A stretch of DNA of 50,855 nt from a virus. Its lineage: Duplodnaviria; Caudoviricetes. Below the pieces are notes generated by a model. It did no database searches, was not told the DNA's origin, and worked only from the letters and a program-made list of their open reading frames with translations. Shown piece by piece: positions 1 through 9,648 of this stretch. Made by a program: the position numbers and the translations under genes. How positions within the stretch are numbered: position 1 is the stretch's first letter; each line of letters starts with the position of its first letter. The DNA is taken from positions 1 to 50,855 of IMG/VR virus record IMGVR_UViG_3300020045_006039, one strand, 5' to 3'.

Positions 1-121
1 AATTCAACCTTTGTTTCATTGACCGGCACAACATCGAAGTACAGATCAACTCCGCCGTTGCGTGATTCCTGCGCCAATGATACGCACAGATCGTATAGAT
101 TCTTGGCGTAGCCGTTGCGAG
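1..121. repeat. Terminal direct repeat, copy 1 (assembly overlap of a circular/permuted genome)
   Basis: 1-121 is identical to 50735-50855, and an ORF reads in frame across the join. Confidence 0.97.
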
Positions 122-608
122 TTGTTGACGATGCGCCCTGCGCTAGATCGGCTTCGACGCTGAAATAGTCGGAGAGTATCTCGCGGCCTGTGTCTGGCCC
201 CGTCACGTCTGGCCCGATATTCTCCCTGACAAAAGCCTTCATCAAGTCGTCTTGGTAGCCGGTCTTGTCGGTGTAGGCCGTGCCAGCGGTATACAAAACA
301 CTGTGGCCTTTTAAGATGTATGGAAAGTTATAGGCCATCAGCGCATAAACGGGATACGTGTCGCGCGGATTGCGACGGCGTATCACACCGTAAAACTCAC
401 GGTAGGCGATCGAGCCGGGCGGCGTCCGCCAGATCGAGATGCGTTGATCTTGCGTAATCAGTGAGAAGTTAAAGTTATTTGGCATGATCAGCAGAGCCGA
501 GCCAACGCCATTAACCGTTTTGACCCACTCAAAACTAATGACGTTAGAGAGCGACATGATCTTCGTGCCGTCATCTTTGTGTAGCCACAACGAGTATCCA
601 GCGCGCAT
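1..608 (-). CDS. 5' part of baseplate hub/Tal-like minor tail protein (ReqiPepy6 Gp37-like); continues at 50734..50245, 365 aa in total
   Basis: ATG at 608 lies just after the Dit stop. My translation MRAGYSLWLHKDDGTKIMSLSNVISFEWVKTVNGVGSALL... stays open to base 1 and joins the 50245..50811 ORF in frame (1098 nt). Confidence 0.8.
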   Translation of the reverse strand, partial: MRAGYSLWLHKDDGTKIMSLSNVISFEWVKTVNGVGSALLIMPNNFNFSLITQDQRISIWRTPPGSIAYREFYGVIRRRNPRDTYPVYALMAYNFPYILKGHSVLYTAGTAYTDKTGYQDDLMKAFVRENIGPDVTGPDTGREILSDYFSVEADLAQGASSTTRNGYAKNLYDLCVSLAQESRNGGVDLYFDVVPVNETKVE

Positions 609-609
609 G

Positions 610-3090
610 TTAAGCCGCTACCCCATCGGCGGATATAAATGTTGGTGTCCAGTGAATTAACGCCGTTGCGCCGGTCACCGTGCCGGTTGCAAAAACATTG
701 ATGACATTATCGCCGGGCAGCAAGGCGAACTTTTCAAATTCAGACGGCGAGTCTAGTTCTGGCGTGCGATCTGTTGAGCCGCCCGACAAGGCTATGGCCT
801 CGGAGGTAGACGTGATGCGCTTCGATCCCGGTCTAAAGTCAAATGTGACAACCTCGTTAGAGTTGATCACCATATCGAGATAAATCCTCACGCCCAGCGT
901 ATAATTTTCGATCCACTTGAGGGTATACTGCGCGTTAGCCGTGGTTGATCCCGTGAAGGTCATAAACGGATAGGTGATCGCCGTGCTGGTTGGCACAACG
1001 GTATTTGCGCTCACGGCGTTTGCGATCGAAGCCGTGCCGGTGGTGTCATAGCCTAAGTAAATATCGAAGCCGTTAAACGCGCATGAATAAATAATTGCTG
1101 TGCCCGGTAGATCAATATCCATCGCCACCCATGACGAGCCTGTCCAGTAGGACATTCGATCGGGAAGAGTTATACCGCCCGCTGTTGTGAACTCGCCAGC
1201 AGCTAACAGCAAGCCGTCTTTTCTAAAACCCATTTGGTGGCATGTACCGTTAAGCCCTGTCCCCAAAGCCTGCCAGCTTGTCCCCGTCCACTTTGCAATG
1301 TATGAAGTTGTCGGTGTGGTACTAAACGCGCCGCCGACATAGATTGTTTTGTCGGGGTGGCGAGCGATAGTGTATACTGTTGAGTTTGCTCCACTACTCA
1401 TAGTTGAGGTTGCGCTGCCCGTCCATTTACAGATGCGCGTCGCGCTCGTGCCGTTAAATGTCGTGAATGAACCACCGATATAAACTTCTGTGCTTTTTAT
1501 AGCAAGTAGTGCGTATATTACACCGTTTGCTCCTGTGCCCACTGCTACAAAACCCGCCGCGCTAACGTCGTACATGATCATATAGTTACTAAGGGCTGAA
1601 CTAAAATTTCCAGCACAGTAAATATCCGAAGTGTCAGGGGCTATCGAGAGTGCATAGAATGATGTGAACGCAATGGTCGATGGACTAAATGCCGTCCAAG
1701 TTGATGCGGAATAATTCCAGCGCGCCAAGCCAACGCACGCCGTCGCGCCCGATCCAATAGTTAAGAAGTCGCCGCCGATCCAAACATTGTGACTTGAGTC
1801 AATCACTATCGAATGCACGGTTCCGCCAACGGCTACGCCTGCATCCATCGCCACGAAGGTAGCCGCTTCATTGTCCCAATACCCGATGCCGTTAAGGGTC
1901 ACGCCGTTGCCCGTTGCGAACACCCCTCCGAAATAGGTACGGTTCAAGTCTTTATCAACGGCAATACACCGGACTGTGCCGCTAAAGCCTGTGCCTAAGT
2001 TTTGCCAAGTGCCATTGATACGCGCGGCAACGCGATTATTCGAGGCAAGACTACCCGTCAAGCCGAGCGCGGCATTTTCCTGATTGTCGGTTGTCAGAAA
2101 CGGAACATCTTGAATCAGCCTAACGGGAATGCGTTCGGTCAATGCGCCGATAACCGATTGCACATCAAGCCCGCCATCGAGCCGGAAATCGCCGTAGACA
2201 TACTTGCTTGTGTTTGCGCCCGCATACGCCAGCGTAACAGGCTGTGAGTCCCTATATTTATCGGGGTTGAATAGGTTGACTAAGTTTTTTCGGATCAGGT
2301 GCAACGCTGAAAGGCTTGAGCCGACGCCGGTTAATGTATCCAGCGTCAAGGTTAAAACGCGGGACTGAAACTTGCTAAAGTTGAATTGAGCGCCGGGCTG
2401 TAGCGCGGTGGGCTGGTAGTCGTTGGTGATCGGCGGCATCCCCATACCATCCCAACTATGCGCCTTGACGTTATACGTTGATTCAATGTCGATCAACTTG
2501 CCGCCGTTGCGATACTGAGCATCGCGGGTTGAGGTCGAGCCGTGGGCGGGGCCGTTCCAGATACAACCCGATTGCGTGCCGTCGATGTAGGTAGTCAGGT
2601 AGGATAGTTTTTGCAACTGCCAGCCGTCGCAGTAAAACGTAGAGGCTTGCTGACTGGCGGTCTTGACCCGTAGCATGGCGACCGCTGATGAGGCAGGTGC
2701 CGTGGCCGTAACGGAATAGCGCACCCAACTTGTCGTTAGGGTAATCGTCGAGGTGGATGAATTTGATAACAGCGCGCCCGCCGCGTCTCGCCATGATATT
2801 TCAGCGATGACCGTACCGGCCCCAAACACATAAACGCTGAAGGTGTAACTCTCTGCTACGGTGACGGCAATCCCGCCCGCCGCGACAGTTGAGGGGGTAA
2901 TCACGCCCTCGCCCGTTGCCGCATTCGGTGTGACGGTTCTAACGCAGGCCGTTCCAAAACGCGCATACGTGGTGCTGCGCGAAATAGTCGCACCTGTTCC
3001 AGCGAAGCCTGTTGTATTAAATTCAACACTGGGGTTTGTCCACAGGTTCGTGCCCGCTTCGGGAATGATCGCATACCATAAGCCTGACAT
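610..3090 (-). CDS. Distal tail protein (evolved Dit) with N-terminal carbohydrate-binding-like domain and inserted beta-propeller
   Basis: Follows the tape measure. Contains Dit-like segments (GMGMPPITN...GAQF...SRVLTL; C-terminal F.LLPGDN.I) and repeated 'IYxGGxFT...IAKWxGxxW' blades. Confidence 0.75.
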   Translation of the reverse strand: MSGLWYAIIPEAGTNLWTNPSVEFNTTGFAGTGATISRSTTYARFGTACVRTVTPNAATGEGVITPSTVAAGGIAVTVAESYTFSVYVFGAGTVIAEISWRDAAGALLSNSSTSTITLTTSWVRYSVTATAPASSAVAMLRVKTASQQASTFYCDGWQLQKLSYLTTYIDGTQSGCIWNGPAHGSTSTRDAQYRNGGKLIDIESTYNVKAHSWDGMGMPPITNDYQPTALQPGAQFNFSKFQSRVLTLTLDTLTGVGSSLSALHLIRKNLVNLFNPDKYRDSQPVTLAYAGANTSKYVYGDFRLDGGLDVQSVIGALTERIPVRLIQDVPFLTTDNQENAALGLTGSLASNNRVAARINGTWQNLGTGFSGTVRCIAVDKDLNRTYFGGVFATGNGVTLNGIGYWDNEAATFVAMDAGVAVGGTVHSIVIDSSHNVWIGGDFLTIGSGATACVGLARWNYSASTWTAFSPSTIAFTSFYALSIAPDTSDIYCAGNFSSALSNYMIMYDVSAAGFVAVGTGANGVIYALLAIKSTEVYIGGSFTTFNGTSATRICKWTGSATSTMSSGANSTVYTIARHPDKTIYVGGAFSTTPTTSYIAKWTGTSWQALGTGLNGTCHQMGFRKDGLLLAAGEFTTAGGITLPDRMSYWTGSSWVAMDIDLPGTAIIYSCAFNGFDIYLGYDTTGTASIANAVSANTVVPTSTAITYPFMTFTGSTTANAQYTLKWIENYTLGVRIYLDMVINSNEVVTFDFRPGSKRITSTSEAIALSGGSTDRTPELDSPSEFEKFALLPGDNVINVFATGTVTGATALIHWTPTFISADGVAA

Positions 3091-4974
3091 TTATAATCCG
3101 CCTTCCAGTGCTTTAAGCGCGCCGAAATCACGCGCGGCATTGCCTACCATTTGGCCGAAATAGTTTAGGTTGAAAATCTTGGTCGTGTTGTTGGTGTTCG
3201 TCGCGCCCGCTTTGCTTGGCGCATTGCTCGTCGAGCCTCCCGTGTCCTCACCGGTCGGCGGCAGATCGGGGGGGAAGCCCTCGGTACTGTAAACCGTCTT
3301 GTAATTCAGAACAAAATCCCTATAGGTTGGCAGGCCGAATATAGCCGCGCTGAGGGCTTTAGTTGCAAGCGTGGCTGAATCAATCGTTTGTTTCATGCGC
3401 TGTGCGGGCGTACTCGCAGCCTTAACGATTTGAGTGTCGCTCATCTCGCTCATTCGATCCATGCGGCTATGAAATTCCTGCGTTGTGCTTATACCGAACT
3501 CTTTGAAATTAACAATTCCATCACGCGCCGCCTGTGGCAGTTTAGCCAGTGATGCCGTGTATTGTTCTGGTGCAATCGCGCCGGAGATCAGCGCATCGTT
3601 AAGCATTTTCATGCCGTCTACCAGTGCGATCGATTCCTTTGTAGCCAGCCCGTTTTTAAGTTGTATCTCTTGAATCATTGCCGCGTAACCAATGCCTGGC
3701 CCTTCCCCTGACTTCATCGCCGCTTCAAGATCGCTGATGGCTTGTTTGGCAATAGCCAGCCGATCCGCGCCCTTGAGTGATTCGGCTAGATTGCCTTGTG
3801 AAATGGCGCTATTGATATTCGATTGCGTTACCGCGTCAACTGACTTTTGATAGGCGGCTAATTCTTTCGCCGCTGCTGCTGCCGCTTCTTTTTGCGCAAT
3901 AAGGTTTTGCTCGATTTGAGCGCCCGCCGTTAGCAGCGCGGTCTGCCCTTCGCCGCTGTTGCGCGTGGCTTGATCGAGATCGACGGTAGCATCGGCTAGT
4001 CCGCGCAGGTGTGCAATACGCGCATCTTCGGCGCGAGAAACGGCGTCGGTAACTTTGTAGGCGTCTTGGATTGTCTCGGTCTGCTTGAGTTGCGCCCGCT
4101 GGTAGTTGATAAGCAGGTTGGTTGCTTCTTTGACCGCCGCGCTATTTTCGCCTTGAGACAAGGTTAGCAATACAATCGCGTTCTTTAGTTTCTGCTCTGT
4201 GTCCGTGGTTGGCGTCATGGCGTCGGCTAGATGCTCGAAACCGTCAACCGCATTATTCAGCACGGGGATGACCGCTGTACTAAATTTGACCCTGAGGCCA
4301 TTTAGCCGATCGCCCAAGTCATCAGCGGCGCGGGTTATTTTTAATGTTGAGTCCAGTAACTCTTGATTGAGTACAAGGCCGGTCGCTTGCGCCTCGTCTC
4401 CAAGCGCCTTAATGCCCGCCGCGCCCTTCCCCATCAACGCGCCCAGATCACTGCCAGAGCGCCCGAAGTTCTCCATCAGAAAAGCAGCGCGCGCGATCGG
4501 GTCTTGGATTGATACATAGCGATCGGCTAATTGCCCTATGCCGTCAATGGTGGGTTTAACGCCTTTACGGATTGCGGCTTCGAGCGCCGCTTGAATCGAT
4601 TGCGCGGAAATACCAACGTCATCGGCGGCTTGAATTAGTTTCGAGGATTCCTCGGCGGATGCGCCGATCGTGCGGGATAGATCGCGGACTTGTTTAGCAT
4701 ACTCGACGGTGTAACCGATCGTGGCGTCAAGCGCCTTGCCCACGCCATCGATGATCTTGCCGCCGAGTGCCAGCGCCTGATTCGCCACGACGACGGCTTT
4801 GCCCATGTCGATATGAGACTTGGCAACCTTATCGCCGCTGTCGGCTAGTTTATGCTCCGCAACCGCCGCCGCTTTTTCGGAGTCAGTCATCTTGTCAACG
4901 GCGTCACGCGCCGCTTTCATTTTGGCGGTGAGTTCGTCTTTAAGAATGAGGTCTACTAGAATGTCATTCGCCAT
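3091..4974 (-). CDS. Tape measure protein (627 aa)
   Basis: Ala-rich helical protein downstream of the frameshifted chaperone pair. Confidence 0.85.
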   Translation of the reverse strand: MANDILVDLILKDELTAKMKAARDAVDKMTDSEKAAAVAEHKLADSGDKVAKSHIDMGKAVVVANQALALGGKIIDGVGKALDATIGYTVEYAKQVRDLSRTIGASAEESSKLIQAADDVGISAQSIQAALEAAIRKGVKPTIDGIGQLADRYVSIQDPIARAAFLMENFGRSGSDLGALMGKGAAGIKALGDEAQATGLVLNQELLDSTLKITRAADDLGDRLNGLRVKFSTAVIPVLNNAVDGFEHLADAMTPTTDTEQKLKNAIVLLTLSQGENSAAVKEATNLLINYQRAQLKQTETIQDAYKVTDAVSRAEDARIAHLRGLADATVDLDQATRNSGEGQTALLTAGAQIEQNLIAQKEAAAAAAKELAAYQKSVDAVTQSNINSAISQGNLAESLKGADRLAIAKQAISDLEAAMKSGEGPGIGYAAMIQEIQLKNGLATKESIALVDGMKMLNDALISGAIAPEQYTASLAKLPQAARDGIVNFKEFGISTTQEFHSRMDRMSEMSDTQIVKAASTPAQRMKQTIDSATLATKALSAAIFGLPTYRDFVLNYKTVYSTEGFPPDLPPTGEDTGGSTSNAPSKAGATNTNNTTKIFNLNYFGQMVGNAARDFGALKALEGGL

Positions 4975-5284
4975 CGGGGTTGTTTAGCCTCATTGCCCAC
5001 ATGAGCAATTTATTGAGCGCAAGATTGTGCTTTGCCCATTCTGCCCAGTTGCCGCTTTGCGCGCGCGACTGGTAGCCACTAATAATCGCGTGCGCTTCAT
5101 GGCCGCATTGAATCCGCTGCAACAGATCGAGTGACAGCATCCCGCCGCCTAGCACCGCCGCCACGCTGCTGTTATCGATGTCATTGACCATCTGATATTC
5201 GAGCGGCAAAGGTTCAAGCGGCGGATCGTTTTCATCATCGGCATAGCGGTACGCTTGCGCCGCTACTCGCTCGCGTCTTTTGGG
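4964..5284 (-). CDS. Tail assembly chaperone, GT-like extension reached by -1 frameshift
   Basis: In the -1 frame of the upstream ORF, with slippery heptamer C CCA AAA at 5284-5278. Confidence 0.7.
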   Translation of the reverse strand, partial: PKRRERVAAQAYRYADDENDPPLEPLPLEYQMVNDIDNSSVAAVLGGGMLSLDLLQRIQCGHEAHAIISGYQSRAQSGNWAEWAKHNLALNKLLMWAMRLNNPDGE

Positions 5285-5631
5285 TCGTGGCCTTTGTTGA
5301 GCAGATCGGCCACTTCGCCGATCAACCACTTCGCCAATTCCATCGCCTCTTCAAACGGAGTGGCGGGAAAGTTGTCGGCGGTTAATTTCGCGGGCAAGTC
5401 TTTAAGCGTGTGAGATTCAACGCAAGCCAATGTACCCGCGAGCATGGCGTAGTTATAGCGGATGCGATCAACGACGTAGCGATCGGTCGAGCCGTCGGCC
5501 ATTGGCGCAGTATATGGCCGCGCCACTTGATAGCCGTCATCCCACGCGATGAGTTGCGGATAGGTGAGTGGCGAGATCAGGATAACCTCGCCACTCCAGC
5601 GGGCGATCGGGCTGGTGATTGTTTTACTCAT
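5263..5631 (-). CDS. Tail assembly chaperone (G-like)
   Basis: Between tube and tape measure genes; ends ...GHDPKDASE over the slippery site. Confidence 0.75.
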   Translation of the reverse strand: MSKTITSPIARWSGEVILISPLTYPQLIAWDDGYQVARPYTAPMADGSTDRYVVDRIRYNYAMLAGTLACVESHTLKDLPAKLTADNFPATPFEEAMELAKWLIGEVADLLNKGHDPKDASE

Positions 5632-5639
5632 ACGTTAAA

Positions 5640-6137
5640 TCACGTTAGCAGCGCAGTACCCCAGGCGGGAACACTGCCGGGGTAAGGTACAGCGCGGGCG
5701 CTATACCTTTCACCCTCTACGGTAAACTTCGTAACGATGTAGCCGCTTGTGGCTGACGGCGACACAATTCCGAAGGCAGGATCGCCGGTGGTGTACCAAC
5801 CCCTTATCCCGAATGCGATACATAAACCTAGCGGCGTGGTGAATGTCGGGGCTGTCAGTGGAACTAGCACGGTGTGAGAACCCGATAAGACGGGCGCAGC
5901 GCCAGAAGCCGCAGCCGCAGCCGCAGCCGTGGTGTCGAACGCCCCGCCGAAATCAATCGCCGCGTCTGGATGTCCTGACAAAAAGCCCTTGACCTGATCT
6001 TGATACGAGGTCAACTCCGTTTCGTCATAGGTAAAACCAACGGGCGAAATCGTATCGACCGGAATCTCGCGGGGCGTGCCAGCGGAATCATCGATCAAGA
6101 AGCGCGTCCATTTGCTTACTGTTCGTCCTGTAGCCAT
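5640..6137 (-). CDS. Tail tube protein (paralogue 2)
   Basis: Position before the chaperones; tube-like motif 'YDETELTSYQDQVKGFLSG'; SD AGGAGA. Confidence 0.65.
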   Translation of the reverse strand: MATGRTVSKWTRFLIDDSAGTPREIPVDTISPVGFTYDETELTSYQDQVKGFLSGHPDAAIDFGGAFDTTAAAAAAASGAAPVLSGSHTVLVPLTAPTFTTPLGLCIAFGIRGWYTTGDPAFGIVSPSATSGYIVTKFTVEGERYSARAVPYPGSVPAWGTALLT

Positions 6138-6168
6138 GTTGTGTATCTCCTATCTTGCTGATTTGCTT

Positions 6169-6942
6169 TTACGGATAATTTCGCGCAAACATTAGTACAA
6201 ACGTCACGGTGGTTGCCGTGCCGAGCGCCACTTGCCAGCGCAGATAGCGCCGCACAGTTGCGGTGGCGGTTAATGCGACTAAGCCGGATGTAACGGCGGT
6301 GCAGTTGATCGATCCGCTGGTCGCGCCTGACAAAGCCAGCCATGTACTATTGTTTGCGCTGTCATCAACCGATAGTGTAGCCGTGCCGTCACCGGCTAAC
6401 ACTTGATAGCACAGATAGCCGCCGCTGGTCGTTGCGCCTGCTGTTGGATTATCAATGCCGCTGTTGGCAGAGTTTGCTCCGGTCTCTGCGCCGCTGGCGT
6501 GAAGCAACGTCCCCCACCCGATCGAATAGATCAGACTTGACGCCGACGCGCTCCAACCAGCAAACGGCACACTCACCACCACGCCGCCACCGTCATCTTG
6601 CGGGGCGTAGGCCGACTGAATGAACGTACCGCCAAAAGCCGGATCGCCCGCTGCTGGTACAGCGCGTATGCCTTGTGCCACAATCACATTGCGTTCACCG
6701 CCCGCTGCTGGTAACACTATATGAATACCCGTTGTGGCGGTGTTATCGAAAACGGCGTTAAATGTGCCGATGTTGGTTTGACTGTGACTACGCAAAAATC
6801 CGTGAGCGGTATCAGTCCACGCGGTAAGATCGGCCTCGTCATATTCCACGCCGATCGGCCCACAACTGCGAGCGTTGCCGCTTAGATCGTAGCCGCCGAT
6901 ATAGATACGTTTATGCTTGTCTAATGTTCGTCCGGTTGCCAT
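6169..6942 (-). CDS. Tail tube-like protein (paralogue 1) with C-terminal extra domain
   Basis: Shares the MATGRT start and 'YDEADLTAWTDTAHGFL' with the next gene. Confidence 0.6.
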   Translation of the reverse strand: MATGRTLDKHKRIYIGGYDLSGNARSCGPIGVEYDEADLTAWTDTAHGFLRSHSQTNIGTFNAVFDNTATTGIHIVLPAAGGERNVIVAQGIRAVPAAGDPAFGGTFIQSAYAPQDDGGGVVVSVPFAGWSASASSLIYSIGWGTLLHASGAETGANSANSGIDNPTAGATTSGGYLCYQVLAGDGTATLSVDDSANNSTWLALSGATSGSINCTAVTSGLVALTATATVRRYLRWQVALGTATTVTFVLMFARNYP

Positions 6943-6948
6943 AGGCTT

Positions 6949-7395
6949 TTACACCTCTGAAAATTCGAGTACCTGAAATTGCAGTGTTGCGCCGAAATAC
7001 TCTTTGCCTGCCGGGTCTTGCACAATGCCAAATGAGGGCGGGGCAATCGGCGTAATATCGATCGAGCCGCTTACCGCGTCGTTTGAAATGATCGCGTCCC
7101 AAATCGCGCAAGCCATAATTACCATCGATTGATAAAGTGTATACAGGCCGTTGGTCGCATTGACCGGCGCATATAGAAAAACATAGTTGAGCGTGTAGCC
7201 GATGTCCTTACGATCGCCATTCATCGATTGCCGCGTCACGGTTAGACCGGTCATGAAATCCGCCGGACTTGGGAACAAGATCGGGCAATCGCGCGCGGTA
7301 ATAGTCTCGCGGATCGTTGCCAAGTCCTTGATCGTCAAGCCTGATACCGACAGCGCGGCGATCGAAGTTGCGATAGTGTCTGCGCTAATGCCCAT
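6949..7395 (-). CDS. Tail terminator/completion protein (putative)
   Basis: Size and synteny between neck and tube genes. Confidence 0.55.
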   Translation of the reverse strand: MGISADTIATSIAALSVSGLTIKDLATIRETITARDCPILFPSPADFMTGLTVTRQSMNGDRKDIGYTLNYVFLYAPVNATNGLYTLYQSMVIMACAIWDAIISNDAVSGSIDITPIAPPSFGIVQDPAGKEYFGATLQFQVLEFSEV

Positions 7396-7827
7396 TTATG
7401 ACCCCATGCCCGCATTGCGAATTGCGTTTTTGATTGTGCTTGGCACAGTGGCTAACACGCGCTTACTCGCATCGAATACTGCGTCAAACAACTTGCGCCA
7501 GCCCGTCCGCTTGTGTACCGCGACTTGCATATTACCCTTGCTGTCGCCGCCTACCCATTGCGCGTAACTGCGGCCTTTGTAAACCGCGCGCGTCGATAGT
7601 GTGTAAGTCCGTTCGCCCTTTGTTGTTTCCAACTTCACGCCGCGCCCATAGCGGCCCGTGCGTTTGTATCGATCCGATGGCGGCGGCGGATAGGTCGCTA
7701 CTTCTTTCTTGGCCTGCGCCATTTCCTTTTTAAGACCCGCCTTCGTCACGCCAGGGATCGATTCGCCTAGCACCGATAGCGATTGCACTACTTGCTTATT
7801 CTTGATCTTGAGTGTGATTCGCGGCAT
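7396..7827 (-). CDS. Neck/tail-completion protein (HK97 gp10-like)
   Basis: Basic protein with 'YPPPPSDRYKRTGRYGRG'; likely ATG 7827 overlapping the upstream TAA. Confidence 0.6.
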   Translation of the reverse strand: MPRITLKIKNKQVVQSLSVLGESIPGVTKAGLKKEMAQAKKEVATYPPPPSDRYKRTGRYGRGVKLETTKGERTYTLSTRAVYKGRSYAQWVGGDSKGNMQVAVHKRTGWRKLFDAVFDASKRVLATVPSTIKNAIRNAGMGS

Positions 7828-8744
7828 TAAGTGATTAGCCTCGTCACATCGCCTGTTACATTGCACAGTGCGTTAGTCAATGTCGTTGCGCCGCTGGCCG
7901 TAATCATCTGCATATCGTAAACCAGCGCGCGGCGATGTGGCAGGTTGCGCGTGAGTGCCGACTTAAACACGATCGTTACCGCGCCCGTCGTTGCGTTCGT
8001 CACGGTGATTGAAGCATCGGCGGCAACGGGCGCTGTAAATAAGCCTGTGCCATTGAATGTTCCAAGCCCCGCCGTTTCCTCGATCTGCACAATCGCCGCT
8101 TCGTCCAGATCATCGACATTGTATTTCAGCGTGAAATATAACTTCGTGCGCGTCGAGATGTTGCCAAGTCCAGTAATTGAGGCCGTCACATAATCGCCGC
8201 GCTGAATTGTAAGCAATGAACCCGATATAGCCGACGATCCAGCCGCCGCGCTGGTCGTGAGTGTACGCGTTGTGGAAACCCAAACCGCTGTTCCTAGTTC
8301 TGTACCAACATCCGCAGCCACGGCATCGGCGTCGATCGCGTCGGTTGCAATGACCGCCGCCGTAATCGCGCCCGTCGCCAATGTCATGGCCGCGCCCGCC
8401 GCGATGTCTTGCAGGTCACCGATGCGTTTGGTGTCGATGCTAAACGTATGCACCTCCACGCCCGTTACCGAGGCCACAACGCCGGTAATACGCACGCAGT
8501 AGGACTTGCCCGCCTCGAAGCCATTGCCGGTTGTGACCGCGATTTGCTCTGAATAAAAGCCGGTGGTGTTCGCGTCGTCGAGCAGTGCCATGCTGCCTGT
8601 CAAAAGTGGCGTGGCTGTCTCGTCCTCGTACACGCGATAACCCGGCACGGCATCCGCGTCAACCGCCGCGCCCGTCGAGGGCGTATGCGTGTTGGCGTAG
8701 AATGTCAGGTTGTCGCCTAGTTTGATCGTGCCTAGAAATGCCAT
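7827..8744 (-). CDS. Virion structural protein (Ig-like/BppU-like domains)
   Basis: Thr/Ala/Gly-rich beta protein; C-terminal 'TIQRGD...LVYDMQM...VTGDVTR' resembles BppU-type domains. Confidence 0.5.
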   Translation of the reverse strand: MAFLGTIKLGDNLTFYANTHTPSTGAAVDADAVPGYRVYEDETATPLLTGSMALLDDANTTGFYSEQIAVTTGNGFEAGKSYCVRITGVVASVTGVEVHTFSIDTKRIGDLQDIAAGAAMTLATGAITAAVIATDAIDADAVAADVGTELGTAVWVSTTRTLTTSAAAGSSAISGSLLTIQRGDYVTASITGLGNISTRTKLYFTLKYNVDDLDEAAIVQIEETAGLGTFNGTGLFTAPVAADASITVTNATTGAVTIVFKSALTRNLPHRRALVYDMQMITASGATTLTNALCNVTGDVTRLIT

Positions 8745-9646
8745 TATCTAATCAGTGTCCCGCCAAAGATAGCCGATCGATCCACTGCCGATTGAAAGAT
8801 GTTTCCGCCGCCGGGCAGCGTATACACCACCGTCAGCAGCGGGCGATGTGCGCTAGTTGCATTTTCCGCCGACGCAATGTTTATAAACTCATCTCCAACC
8901 GGCGTTGTATTACTAAAATCGAGAGACGAACGCAATGAGTAATATGTGTTCCCAGTACGATTTATCCACACTGTATTAAGATTTCCGCCGGAATAGGGGG
9001 TGTTGATACTAATTCCGCTAGTGTTTCTCCAAATGTTGTCATCAGTCGCACCGGAAAGGCAGTTATCGAAAACCGATTCCTCTCTGCCACCCGAATTGAT
9101 CGGGTCTTGTGCGCTCCAGTCATGTTTAATAATCTGAACATCGAAATCCGTGACTGATCCATTTGTTTTAACCGTCAGACTGAGATTAACCTGAGAAATA
9201 CTTGCCGCCAGTGTCAACGAGGCAGTGTCAAATTTTAGAAACGAACGATAAACAAAGTAGGTTGGTGATGAAAATTGCTGCCCGACAGTAAATACAGTAA
9301 GCCCCGTGTCGCCGCTTGACGAAGTGGATCGCGCAGATGAATATGTTGTAGATTGACCGTAAACTCTTGCGTCTGCCGCATTACTGACTTGATTAAGCGT
9401 AGTCAGTAGTGGTGTCATTGCCAGCATTAGTGCCGTTTGCCGCCAGCCAATCGAGCGAATCATCTGGAATGCCCTAGCAGCAAAATTGATTGGCGCAACA
9501 ACGGGCTTAACACGAAAGAACGCCTGCATGACCCGCTGATCGCCAACCTGATCGCGCTCAAAGTGGATCGAGTTGAGTGAGCGTTTAACGATCGGCGCTC
9601 GCTTTAACTCTGGCTGTTTGCGGTACAGGTCTAAAATAAAACTCAT
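8744..9646 (-). CDS. DNRLRE-like (carbohydrate-binding) domain virion protein
   Basis: Motifs 'YRSFLKFDTASL...ISQVNLSL' and 'SAENATSAHRPLLTVVY'. Confidence 0.6.
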   Translation of the reverse strand: MSFILDLYRKQPELKRAPIVKRSLNSIHFERDQVGDQRVMQAFFRVKPVVAPINFAARAFQMIRSIGWRQTALMLAMTPLLTTLNQVSNAADARVYGQSTTYSSARSTSSSGDTGLTVFTVGQQFSSPTYFVYRSFLKFDTASLTLAASISQVNLSLTVKTNGSVTDFDVQIIKHDWSAQDPINSGGREESVFDNCLSGATDDNIWRNTSGISINTPYSGGNLNTVWINRTGNTYYSLRSSLDFSNTTPVGDEFINIASAENATSAHRPLLTVVYTLPGGGNIFQSAVDRSAIFGGTLIR

Positions 9647-9648
9647 GT

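Noticed and set aside
5908-5929. GCCGCA tandem repeat
   Set aside because: Encodes a poly-Ala stretch in the tube protein; no sign of phase variation.
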